Assembly (NCBI GenBank): GCA_040954595.2
Contig: CM082592.2
Coordinates: 6,931,677 to 6,995,676 of the forward strand
Reading direction: 5' to 3'
Length of the DNA stretch: 64,000 nucleotides
DNA from: Balanoglossus misakiensis
Taxonomy: Eukaryota; Animalia; Hemichordata
Every line of letters begins with the position of its first letter. Positions within the stretch are counted from its first letter, which is position 1. The position numbers and the translations under genes are program-made. The notes under the pieces are model-generated. The model saw nothing but the letters and a program-made list of their open reading frames with translations. It made no database searches and had not been told where the DNA came from. Positions 14,041 through 25,505 of this stretch are shown piece after piece.

Positions 14041-15262
14041 GTCCGAAGCAGCAGCGTCACCCCCAGCAACGGCGAATGCACACACTTTTCGTGTAACTCT
14101 GCAATGTCACCCTCACACACCTATGTCCAGTGCAAACTGGGGGTGAACAAAGGTCAAGGTCATTTGAACCCACTATCCACACAAAAGAGCAAACAGTGGG
14201 TCTCGCTTCTACTCTCTTTAATTTGACAGAACCTACAGTTGGCTGCGCTTCACACGGAGCATTTACCGCCCCGAGGGTTTATACTGCGCAGTCTCCCAAG
14301 GGAACGGTAGACGAGAACAAGCAGCGAGAGAAGGTAACCCGATACTCGATGAAGCCGAGGATCACGTGAACGAAGACCATGTCCCCAACGGTTCGGCATT
14401 AATCTCAGACAAGACATCTTTACTTAAAAGTAACACATCATCATCACGGATGTGACATGATGTCTTGGTCACCAGGGCTGGCATGCAAACAAACTACACA
14501 CAGTTTGATCAATTCGCCCGCAACCATACTATACCATGTACACTATAGCCCTAACAGAAGTGGTCATCACTCATCGACCTTGTAGATTTAGCTTATCTGA
14601 CAAAGCTAGCGTATACTAGACCGTTCGAGAGACACTCCCCGCTATCCGGGGTTTCTGCTAATTCCCTATAATACTGTAGCTATAACATTGTTTTCGTCTC
14701 CTATCCTCTTCTTCTTCACCATCATCATCACCGTCGTCGTCGTCTTCATACTCAGTAGCACCATCCTTAGCTGATCTCCAGTCTGTCTGGCATTTTCAGG
14801 GGAACTCGTCCAAAACGGAAAACGCTTGGAAAGTGAAGATGGTGAATTCACCATCACTGCCGTTATTGTGGTAAACTCCAGTGATAATAGTTCGGGTCCC
14901 GTCAATTGTCAGCAATAACAATATCTATGTACGTGACTGCTATGTTGATCCACCGAATGTTGGACGTTCCTATACCGGCTTCAGGGAGTAGAATGGGAAA
15001 TTGTACTGTTCATGTTTTTGGTCAGTTTTAAAAGCTGAAACGGTCATCAAACGAGTTACATCTCTTTAAAAAAATCATTCAACTATAAAAATACAATATC
15101 CTAAATGTTACTTTGAGTTATTCACTGCAGTAAACTTATCACCATGGTGATATGTAGAATGCAGAATAGCAGTCTCACATTTGCAACTACATTGTGACTA
15201 TAGACGTACACACGTTTTGAATGAAACAAAATACATAGACAAAAAGGTAAGCTAAAACTAAA

Positions 15263-15699
15263 ATACAACATCAGTAACAGTCAAATTCACAAATACAACT
15301 AAATCGAAAAAAAAATCTCTGGTCGGCGACACAGGTGAGTAAACTTTCAATTTGAAAACTGTTCAATAGCACGTAGCAGAAATGAAACAACACGTCGGTC
15401 CAATAGCGGCAACGTTTCGATGGTAATATTGTTCAGAATTGTAGAACGCCTCTGCTCCTGCAGGGTGGTACCGGAGGTAAGTCCTTACCCCAGATGGTGA
15501 CGTCATCGGGGCGGTGAGTGCAAGTACAAGATGTATACAGAATGCAAGAAACTGATTCTCTAAGGGTGTGCTGACAGTAGCTGAACGGCCATACCAGAAT
15601 AATCCTACTAAACTAGAACATTTCAGAAAGCTTGAATTCGTACACTCATACACATGGTCTATAACAAAGTCGGACATAACTGGCCGTTCAGAAACAATT
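15263..15699 (+). ncRNA. Candidate structured ncRNA, copy 1 (H/ACA-like 3' end)
   Basis: Paralogous to 16017-16394. ANANNA (ACAGTA, 15574-15579), then stem CTGAACGGCCA/TGGCCGTTCAG (15581-15591/15681-15691), then AA-ACA (15694-15696). Additional helices are shared with copy 2. Transcription is not shown. Confidence 0.45.
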
Positions 15700-16016
15700 G
15701 TCGGGTTTTTGCACAGTACACACCGGCCCCAAAAGACGTACCACCCGAGAAGCCTTTACTTTCTATTCTTGCAAGTCCTATACTGTAAAAGTAAAGATAA
15801 TAAACAAAAAGTATTTCAAAAAATATACTGGACGTTTGTGTGCAATATAATTATTGTCTAGTACCAAGGAGCAAAAAACCAACATTTTAGGACCTGTAGT
15901 ATTTGTAGCACAGTTTCGTAGAATACAGGCTACGCTCTGTGACTACACACGGTTCCGAATGAAAGAAAACAAAAAAAACATACACGCAAAATAAGCGCAA
16001 GTTTCAACTGCATATT

Positions 16017-16394
16017 ATACAACGTCGGTAACGGTGGCATTGACATTTACAACTAAATCGAAGCCATCCGTGGCCGGCGTAGTAGAAATGGAATGACACG
16101 TCGGTCCAATAACGGCAACATTGCAATGATAAACAGATAGCATCGATCAGATTATGCAGGGCGGTACTAAATTCAAGTGCTTACCTCAGATACTGACGTC
16201 TTCAGGGGCGGTAAATGCAAGTATAGGCCTGCAGAAGGAAAGACACTGCTTCCCTGACAGGGTACTGACAGCAACTGAACGGTTGGACCAAAACAGTGCG
16301 TAAATTTGAAAACCCCAGAACCGTGAATTTATACATATTCATACACTATTGATAAACAAATTCGGGCACAAAGACCAGCCATTCAGAAACAAGT
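16017..16394 (+). ncRNA. Candidate structured ncRNA, copy 2 (H/ACA-like 3' end)
   Basis: ANANNA (ACAGCA, 16268-16273), stem CTGAACGGTTGG/CCAGCCATTCAG (16275-16286/16375-16386), AA-ACA (16389-16391). Box spacing is identical to copy 1, with compensatory stem changes. Confidence 0.45.
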
Positions 16395-19300
16395 GACAAT
16401 TAATACGACTGTGCTGATTTGAATAAATTCCCGCACACAGTGTCAAGTTGAATGCCTGTACATGCGCACCTGTGCGCAGTCAAATAGCAGGAACCACGGC
16501 ACCAATCAGGAACATGCATTTGTATTACAGCAGTAAAATCGTTTTGTGACATATCACTTCTACAGAAATCATCACCGACTTTCTATGGCTCTCTCATTGT
16601 TTTAACATCGTCGACGTACAGCGCTTGTAAACCATAGACGCTATTTTAAAATAATGATAAAATACGGCTTATCCTGACTTCACCTCAGAGCATATTCCAA
16701 GCTGTTTATTTATTCCCGAAGTCACCCGTCCCTCGAGACCGCCTGTACATACTCACTCGTCGGCTGCAAATGAGTCGTTAGTCAACTACATCACACTACG
16801 CTCGCTTAATTGCCACTTCGCATCTTATTAGGGTTACCATGCCGGCCAGCTATGGTTAAATGTGATGTCCTCAAGAAATTGTGTCCACTGGGCACCTACT
16901 TTTTGAACACATTGGGTATAACTCAAAAAATGGTAATCGATGAGGCAATAGTTGTAATTTTTGACGATTCTGTTCCTGTTGTTTATTCTGTGCATATGGA
17001 AGAACATCTGGGTATAAACGTCAACACAGTCTCTCTCTCTTGCAGAGTGAGCGCATTTCAACGTGCTTTCAATAGACAACAGTCAATTTGGCAGAGTGGT
17101 AAGGTTTTCACACATCCAGTAATGCAGCGACGAGGACTTATTAAGACTGTCGCCTTTTAAGGGTCGGACACGAAACTGGAAAGAAAGTGCCTGCAAATCA
17201 TCGTGGGATTATGTGACATAGAATGCCCCCTTCATTAATACTTTAGCTCTTCGATTTTTAATGGGTTTAAGGTTGAATGAATCTCGTGACTGGCCATGAC
17301 TGGTTCAGTACATATATATAAAGTTTCCACCGCTCTACATATTGTCGTCCCGATATAAAACTAGTCTTGCGATAAAATCTGCAACGGAAATAAAATTTTG
17401 ACCAGGTGACCGAGGAAACAAAGGAGAGAGGGGGGGGGGGAGAGGGGAGGGAGGGGGAGAGCAAGTAATACTAATGCATCAGTGACGACAGAGATGATCA
17501 TCGAATCGTCATCATTATCGCGATAAATTACTCACGATAACCCGTGACGAGGCGGATGTAGTCAGTGTTTTAAAATCTGAGCCGATGAGCAGATTACAGC
17601 AGTCGATTAAGCGATAAAAATGCCCATGCCTGTTTCGAATCCTGTCAGATCGCTTATCATGGCTGGTCGGAGAAAGCAGTTTCTATCCGACTGCTATTTA
17701 AATCAACAGCCGAAGTACTGGTCTCCTCCAGGCGCGCGGGATGATGCATTCGCGCCGTATAAATTGCAGACGAGAATATCTGAGCAGTGAAAGGGAAAAG
17801 ATACAGTAAAGAACGGGAAAAAATTACGCTTAAGATGAATTCACGTCGTTCAGTAATCACGTGGCTTAGGCCTATATTCAGTATGAAAGATGAAGAAAAT
17901 AAGACCCGTAGACACGCGATTCGTGTTATTTCGTCGTCCGCTACTCGACCCCGTCACGGCCGCGCCGAAAATAAGAAACATACTCTGAGAAGACATTCAG
18001 ATGGAAAGGGGCTGACGTCCACGACAGCGATGTTTGACGTCATAATTTCTGAACACTTATGGCTTCCGGCGCGCGATGGCGAATAGCATTGTCAGGAGAA
18101 TGCAATCGAAATGTATGCGAAGAATATTCCCCCGAACAATTTATCATCATTCGCCATCTTTTTAGCGACGGAATTGAAATTACCAAAGGCAATATGCAAC
18201 ATTTCAAACAATATTTTACGTTTTATGACCACGAACATTATAATTCCTGTTGTGTATAGTATTCTGGGTATAAACGTGACGTGGAAACGAGCGGAGCGTG
18301 CAATAATGCGCCCACGACCTCGTCACTGATGAAACCCCCGCTAGCGATTTTTCGTTTTCTTGCTTTGCAATCCAGTTTGCGGACGTAAACTACTATGTAT
18401 AGAAGACAAACATCGCATCCGGGGTTTATGATGTATTGGTGTTTTACGATGTATTAGTGTCTGCATTCGCGTTCATTATATCGTTTTCTCCGACTTGCTA
18501 TCACCTCTCCTTTCGACAAAGAGTGTCTAATTTACCGAGATAACTATCCCTTGAGTTCCCATGTTGCATAATCTTTGAGCGGTGCGAATGTACGTACATC
18601 AAACCACGGTATGTGTATTACACGGCCGGTCATCGTCAAGCTCATTTTCTGAGATTATCAGCTCTTTCACTTATATTAATATCAAGGTCCCTCGTTTTTT
18701 TGTGACGTCCAAGGTCATATCCTGTTACCGTTGTATATAGATAGAATAATTTATACGAAACGTGTTAAAGTATTTAACCACAGACAAATAAACGATTGCG
18801 TCGGGCGCGGTGTGTTTCTTCTGTGTTTGCCACGCAGTGTTAATTGGTGTGATTTTTGCCGGCTGTAATGCTTAGAAATCGGCTGCTCCCCTCCCCGCTA
18901 CGAGAAATGTTCATTGTATCGGGTATTGACACGGAGATTAAGCGGACAATACCCAACAAATCAACACTTTAACGAAGAAATCGACATTGGGCGTAGTGAC
19001 GTCAGCACTTGAGATTCCTTAGTGAGTATAGGGACCGATCATTAAAACCTTGGAGTGGGCTGAATATAGGGTTGGAACGTCTTGAGTATGAAAGAGCGAA
19101 CATTTAAGAGGCTTTATTTTTGTTCTCTGTGATACACGCATACTACAACATATTAGAAACTTTATTCTCAATGACTCAATGAACAATGCACCTTTATTAT
19201 GTTTCACAAAGCTTATGATATGCAACAAATATAACACTAGATTTAAGTTTTGCACTATATATCAGATTTCTTTGTTTAGCGCTACCTACTAGTATATAGC

Positions 19301-21588
19301 AAGTAATAAGGCGAAGATTTATATTTTATGTTTATACACATCACTTATGTTTTGGCTCCAATATGTATTTTCCCATTTCGGTTCTCTTGATGGGTACCAA
19401 AATAGCTATTAAGTAACGAGTATGTCAGCCCCCCCCCCCCGCTGCCCTCTCAACCCCCACCCTAAATAACCCCTCATCAATTAATAGTGTCAAGTGTGTA
19501 TTCGAGTGATGTATGGAGTGTGTGTGTATTGTTTCTGGTGGGACAGTTGTGCGGTGTTTGTTGTCTGAGGAACAGTCAGTTTACTTCAACACACGGTACA
19601 CAGGTGAGTCAAACTGGGGATCCGAGAAATCTGAACTTTTGTGGGCGCGTTTCCAGTTAAAACTATAAATATTGATTGTCCTATAGTTCTGCGATAATTA
19701 CCACAGGGAGCCATCTGTGGTATCCGCATGGTAACGCCGATTCTACTCTGTCGAGTTTACCGGTATAAGCTTTAGGCCTAATACGTCCTCTTCCGAGCTG
19801 CACCTATGTTCAGCTTGATAATCTTCAAAACAGCCTGTTTCCCTTCCTCTTGGAACTGAAGTTGTTATCTGTCTTCAAGACGTTACAAAACGCTGTTGTC
19901 TTTCCTCACTTTTGTTTGTTGAGGTGATAGGTATTGACTCGTGGTAATTTACTTGGCTATCTCGCAAAAGGATTCATGCTAACAGTCGCGACAGTCTGAT
20001 CCATGGGACATGATGATAATGACAAAAGTTATTGGACGGAGGATGACTAAATGATGTTCGGAGCAGGGCGCTGATACTTCGGCGACGTTGCCGCATGTGA
20101 CTTTAAACCGTGTTATTTACTGCACAACTTAATTTCTCCCGGCGTGATCCGTCCCCAGCGCTCTAGTGCACCATGAGTACATCTGAAACCATTCCACTGG
20201 AAGGCGCGATATTCCAGCTGCTGCTGCCGTGCCAGGCGAGAGCCACAAAACGCTCGCCGGGTATCAAGGTCATTTGGGTCAATTACGCACTCGTTCGGAA
20301 TACTGTCAAATGGCCGCCCGGCGGTCGCTCTCTTTAGCGTTATCAAAATCTGTCAGACCAGTCGGAGTTCTCTCACCGCGATAAACGTCTCAAAGGTTGA
20401 AACTTTCCGTATTTATTATTTTTTGTTCCGCTTTATACGCGTCAATCCTTGTTGATATGACTGAAAACAACGTGACTGCGGAAAATCCAGCCTGGCAGCT
20501 ATATGGCGATCACAAATGGAGTTATCAAAACACTGGATCTTATCCTCTTGAATCTTAAACTAAACATATACGTGCTTTCAAAATCAGCAAGAAAACACGA
20601 CAGAGTCATTACACTTAAATTAATTAGTCGGGCGGCCATTAACGTAATTACATGCACCAAACAACCATTAACTAGTGATGGGCAGGCAGTGGGAAGTTAT
20701 ATTGGGAAGAAACAGCGCGCCGTTGACAAACATAACAACGAACGTATCGATTGAAAGGAGTCTAGAAGCATGAGAAGGGCTTTGAAGTCTTGGGTGATGT
20801 AACCGACTGCATGCATGGACACACTTGTATTGTCGCTGGCAAATTAGAAAAACACGTGCGTTCGACAAATAGCGACAGATGTACTAAGTACAGAACTCAC
20901 GGGGAAATGTCCACCCTGCAGTTCACGCGAGATTTGACAAATGACACGGTCTTGTGCTCCCGGCGGCAGAACTGCGCTTTACGGCTTTGACGGAAACGGA
21001 AGTCTCGGAAAAGATATTGCTTGTGTGCTGACCTGAAAAGAAAAATCGAAAGTCATTGACTGTAAGGGGATTACGATTTTAACCATAGCAACACACATTA
21101 TTGTTAGTTTAGCTAAAGGATTACATAGGCCCTACATACAAATCAGTGTGGTCTTCAATTTTAATATAGCAAAAAAAGGAAGAAACTTGAATATAGCATT
21201 GATACTAAATGGTACAAAGTTACTCACTAAATCAATATTTTTGTTTCTTTAGATAATTTACTTACCCGATATACTCAACTGTAGAGAGTTAGTAACGATG
21301 GTAACAGCGCGTACTAAAATCCACTTGAATATTCTCCTCGGTCGGTATACAAAAACAAATAACTTTCCTCTGGTTATCCACAGAAATCAAACCTTTGCAC
21401 GTATTTGAATGTACCAAGAAGTCACAAAAGTTAATCCCACAAAAAAATTTACTCGTAGAAACCCGGTAAGCTTCTTATAGTACGAAACTCTACTGCCCAG
21501 TGTTCTTGTGTTAAAGCGCCTTTTATGAGTAATCGTCCACTTGCTAAACTCGGCCGGTGTTGTGTGTGTTATGTCGTTAACTGTAACT

Positions 21589-21999
21589 ATGGCGGCTCAC
21601 TTCCCGGGCAGGTACAGCGGCAGGGGTTTCGCGTTCGCCATGGAGAAGTCGCTGGCCAGAGTGCACACCACCCGGTCGGCCGTGCAGAAGCGCAACGGCG
21701 AGATCCTGATGAAGGAGCACAGCGCGCTGGACAGCAAAGCCGTGTGGGCCAACCAGGTTGAACAGCGCCACCTCAACGACTCCATGGCGCAGCTGAACCT
21801 GCAGCACTCCTTCAACAAGTCGTACCTGAAGCAGCGCAGGATGTCGTCCGTCGGCCACCTGCAGAAACTGCAGCTGCACAGGCAGGCCAGCCAGGCGGGG
21901 CCCACAGTCGACAACGTCATCCACTCCCGGATACAGAAGCGAGAGTTGAGGGAACAACTCAAACGCCGAGAGCGAGAAAGCGCCAAATCACGGAGACGG
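21589..21999 (+). CDS. Uncharacterised basic coiled-coil protein, coding exon 1 (137 aa)
   Basis: GC-rich with strong GC3 codon bias relative to flanks; MAAHFPGRYSGRGFAFAMEK...RESAKSRRR; phase-0 donor CGG|GTATGT at 22000. The start could instead be the ATG at 21571 or 21640. Confidence 0.8.
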
Positions 22000-22554
22000 G
22001 TATGTGCCATTTTGGGCCCGAGTTTTTTCCCCATACATTACTAAAACTTAAAAATATACACATTTGGAGCAGGGATTCAAGTATTTTGCCATCCCGACTA
22101 GAAAAGAAACGTGTTTAATAACTTTCCATTTGTTACAGATTGTAAACGGTTTAATCCTGTTCATTGTATGCTAGTCTATACGTATTTGTGTCCTCACACA
22201 ATTAGGTATTCAAGCCTGTATTTAAACTTTCCTCCCCGTTTTCAAACAACACACGACTGGACAAATACAGGGACAAACTCAAACATTTTCTCTTGAAGAC
22301 TTCCACTCGACTTTGTACTTGTTTATTCCGAAAGTAACTTTGCATTGTTCAGTTTTAACCCAGTCAAATCCACAGCCAGCTGAGGAAATGACAATACATG
22401 TACTAGTATACACCTGGCAGACACTTTCGCAGGTGTCTTGTTAAGCTTGGCCCCAATACATAGATTCTTCCATGCATTCGAGATATACCAAACACCTGTC
22501 GATAAACTTAACGCTTTTACTGTCAAGGAGTACTCGCCTCTTAATTCTTTGCAG

Positions 22555-23130
22555 AATTTTACGACATCGTCGACGCCTGCTGGTGCATCGTCCCCGTCCG
22601 CGGCTAGACTGGACGAACTGAGGATGAGACGAGAAGTCGACGTGATGACGCCGGACAATCTGAGAGCACGCGCCACCAGTCGGGCGGGGCGGGAGCGGTC
22701 GGCATGGGAACTGAAGCAGATGGTGGACGTCGAGCGCATCGCGAAGATCGAGTTGGAGAAGAAGCGGCAAGAGGAGCGGGAGGAACGGAACGCGCAGTTC
22801 GAGCAGTACAAGAAGACGGAGAGGGCGAAGCTGGACGACAAAGTGAGCCAGTTCTTGAAGCGGGTCGATAGCAAACCGGGCGCGGAGAGAAAGAGGCGGC
22901 AAAGTCAGGCGGCCATTCCCGGGCAGGTGGGAATTGGAAGCACGCGGAGAATAAGCGTTGTGAAGAGCGAAAGGATGAACAGTCCCATGCAGAAAGAAAG
23001 GAGGTCGAGCGTAACTAACAGGGAGAGAAGGCCGAGCGTTGTGAATCAGGAAAGGCAGGCGAATGCGGCCAGCAGTGGACGGAGGCAAAGTCAGGTGCTT
23101 TGGCAGCGGAGAATGTCTGTTGTAGAGTGA
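22555..23130 (+). CDS. Uncharacterised basic coiled-coil protein, coding exon 2 (191 aa + stop)
   Basis: Acceptor TTAATTCTTTGCAG|AAT at 22554/22555 is phase 0 and in frame with exon 1; E/K/R-rich helix; TGA at 23128-23130; AATAAA at 23331-23336. Confidence 0.8.
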   Translation, partial: NFTTSSTPAGASSPSAARLDELRMRREVDVMTPDNLRARATSRAGRERSAWELKQMVDVERIAKIELEKKRQEEREERNAQFEQYKKTERAKLDDKVSQFLKRVDSKPGAERKRRQSQAAIPGQVGIGSTRRISVVKSERMNSPMQKERRSSVTNRERRPSVVNQERQANAASSGRRQSQVLWQRRMSVVE

Positions 23131-23330
23131 CAAAGATGCTTAAAAAGAAGGCATACAAACTTTACAAGCAACCGTAGACTGGCAGAAACGAATCACAACG
23201 TCGGCACACACAAACAACGCCCTCTACGGTATGAGTTGATGGTTCTGTCAAAGTCACGCCAGCTTTGACATTTCTCAAATAAGAATTTTGTAAAAATATT
23301 ATATTTGTAATATTTGGAAGATTAACTTGC

Positions 23331-23336
23331 AATAAA
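23331..23336 (+). terminator. Polyadenylation signal of the plus-strand two-exon gene
   Basis: AATAAA about 200 nt after the stop, followed by T/GT-rich sequence. Confidence 0.6.
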
Positions 23337-23981
23337 GTATTTTTCTACGACAATTCCAATTGTTTGTGCCTCACTGAAGTACAAGTGTATTTATGATATA
23401 GGTCATTATGGATTTCTATGACACAGATTGTGTCCAAGCATGCTTTACCTGTTTACATTGCCATCAGAATCAATTCCCTCCACCCCCTCATGAGATCAGT
23501 GATTCTACCAGCAAGTCACGTAATGCCGGCATTGGTCGCGCATTCCTTGCCATATTAATATCCTCGTCAACATAATTACATGTCTGCTATATACCACCAC
23601 ACAAACCGATTACATGCCGGTGTTTCCATTCAGGCCTAAGGAAATACGCGCCGGCAAAAAGTTATGAAAGTCGCCAAAAATCCGAGTGACAATGCGAGAT
23701 TCGACTCGAAATGCCCTGAATGGCACACTAAATTTGTTATTCAATGTAAAAACTCACCTCAAAAGTTCGTTTTCACTATAATTCCCCCCAAAATTCGCCT
23801 CAGCAACGTTTGTTGTATCGTCTGCTACGCTGACCTGAAGTTTTACCTTCTGACCCCGTGACCTCGCGCAAAGCGTCATGGGTATCTGGAAATGCACTGG
23901 AAACGCGCTTATTACAAAAGTTATGAGAGAAAAAAAATGATAAAGACAAGACAGCGGATATCAAATTTAAGTAGAATGGCT

Positions 23982-23987
23982 TTTATT
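23982..23987 (-). terminator. Candidate polyadenylation signal of PITPNM (implies a ~3.1 kb 3' UTR)
   Basis: TTTATT on plus (AATAAA on minus) at the end of an AT-rich tract running from the PITPNM stop. Other sites are possible. Confidence 0.45.
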
Positions 23988-25241
23988 CTTTTCTTTAAAG
24001 TGTATGCACAAACATGGTAAAGACATTTAATGTACTTTTAATACGAAAAAACAATCCTACACTGGACGAGAATCGGCAAATATATGTTAGGATAAAAATA
24101 TCAATCAAACCGTCATTTTTATTTTAAAGAACAGAGATGAGAAGATTTCTTCTGAAGTTCATGAATAATTAATTTGGACATTGATATTAAGTGTACAATT
24201 GATTCATCCACTCACTCATCTCGCTGACCTGGAGGTCAAAGTTGAAAGTTCATAAGGTGAAGGGTGACACTGGATTTGCCATGCATGCATTGCACAAGAT
24301 TAGAGGACCCATCACCCCTATCCCATCACCCCTATGGTAATTTCAATTTCCCAGTGGAATGAAACACTACCCCACCAAAGATTACTCCACATTTAACATA
24401 TAATAAATTAATCATATAATTTAATATATTCAAAATGTAATATTTAAAGAAGTATCGTCATGGAGACATATCAGTTGCACCATGTGGACATGAAGTGAAA
24501 ACAGAAAAACAAGTGGATTTTGGGAAGCATTATATCATTGTCTGACTTGGCAAATTTTAAATAATTGAAGATGCAAAACCAACAGCATCATGTATAGTTT
24601 CCCTAACCCAGTCTTTAGGGATGCAGGGCTTGGCTAGTAAGGATGATTGAAATTTTAAAAGCTAAGACTGTGTGAGGTCACCTTCAGGTGATTGCACTTG
24701 GCTCCATCTGAACAACTGCGCCCTCACAGTTCTTTCAGTTGGCTTCCTTCCTCTTTGTCGGTGCAGTTATAACACTAACATTGAGGAACTACAAGATTGA
24801 ACACTTCTTCGAAAGCGATCTTGTCCTCAACATTTTTTACAACATCCAGAGGAAAATGATTCATGTAGGAATTAATTTTGAGATTCCTGCACAAAGAAAC
24901 CCCACCTAACAACCATTTCCTCATAGTTTTACTAAAGATGAAAACAAAAAAAAATGTAAAGTTTTTTTGGCAAACAAAAAACTGAAGAATTTTTTTTCTT
25001 CGGCAAACAATCTGTGATACCACAAACTGACCTCATGCGTTATGTCCATTACTAAATCAGCATTAAAAAAGGACATTATATTTTCTGGCAGCATTTTGGT
25101 AGACACAATGATAAACTTTACAGAATATGTTTCAGTCACGAGCAAAAAAAGCAAAGAATAATAAAATCAAAATCCTACACATTGAATGATCACAGCTTAT
25201 AAAATTCATCCGGGAAACAAAACTACAAGTATCACAAAAAA

Positions 25242-25505
25242 TACCTATTACATGAAAAAGACTGATTCATGAGTAAATTGAACGCATTAGAGATTAGAGT
25301 TGAGAGTTAATTGATTTGAACAAAAACAGTAACTACACTTAGAACTCTACAAATTCTAATCATGTACAGTTATTACCTATTACATGAAAAAGACTGATTC
25401 ATGAGTAAATTGAACGCATTAGAGATTAGAGTTGAGAGTTAATTGATTTGAACAAAAACAGTAACTACACTTAGAACTCTACAAATTCTAATCATGTACA
25501 GTTAT
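25242..25505. repeat. Perfect 132-bp tandem duplication
   Basis: TACCTATTACATGAAAAAG...CATGTACAGTTAT occurs at 25242-25373 and 25374-25505 with no differences seen. Confidence 0.95.

Noticed and set aside
13321-14226. Long ORFs encoding poly-Thr/Ile, poly-His and poly-Met/Val
   Set aside because: They are by-products of a triplet microsatellite, with no supported start context, splice structure or domain.
14666-14790. Acidic minus-strand frame (EYEDDDDGDDDGEEEEDRRRK) that looks coding
   Set aside because: An in-frame TGA lies just upstream and a TAG soon after, with no ATG or convincing splice sites; likely a simple-repeat remnant.
15335-15369. GTGAGT...CAATAG segment present only in copy 1, resembling an intron
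   Set aside because: 35 nt is too short for a typical animal spliceosomal intron; treated as a loop insertion.
15363-15861. ORFs 15363-15677 (-) and 15568-15861 (+) over the duplicated element
   Set aside because: Reading frames are not preserved in the paralogous copy, which has indels and stops.
15263-16394. Identification of the duplicated element as telomerase RNA, U17/snR30, an HDV/CPEB3-type ribozyme or a miRNA cluster
   Set aside because: There is no CTAACCCTAA template; the U17 m1/m2 motifs are not conserved in both copies; the AGCAGA/TCTGCT P2-like pairing exists only in copy 1; and the hairpins have large internal loops with no known mature miRNA match.
21577-23133. Minus-strand ORFs overlapping the orphan gene
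   Set aside because: They are antisense shadows of GC3-biased plus-strand exons; splice sites and the poly(A) signal support the plus strand.
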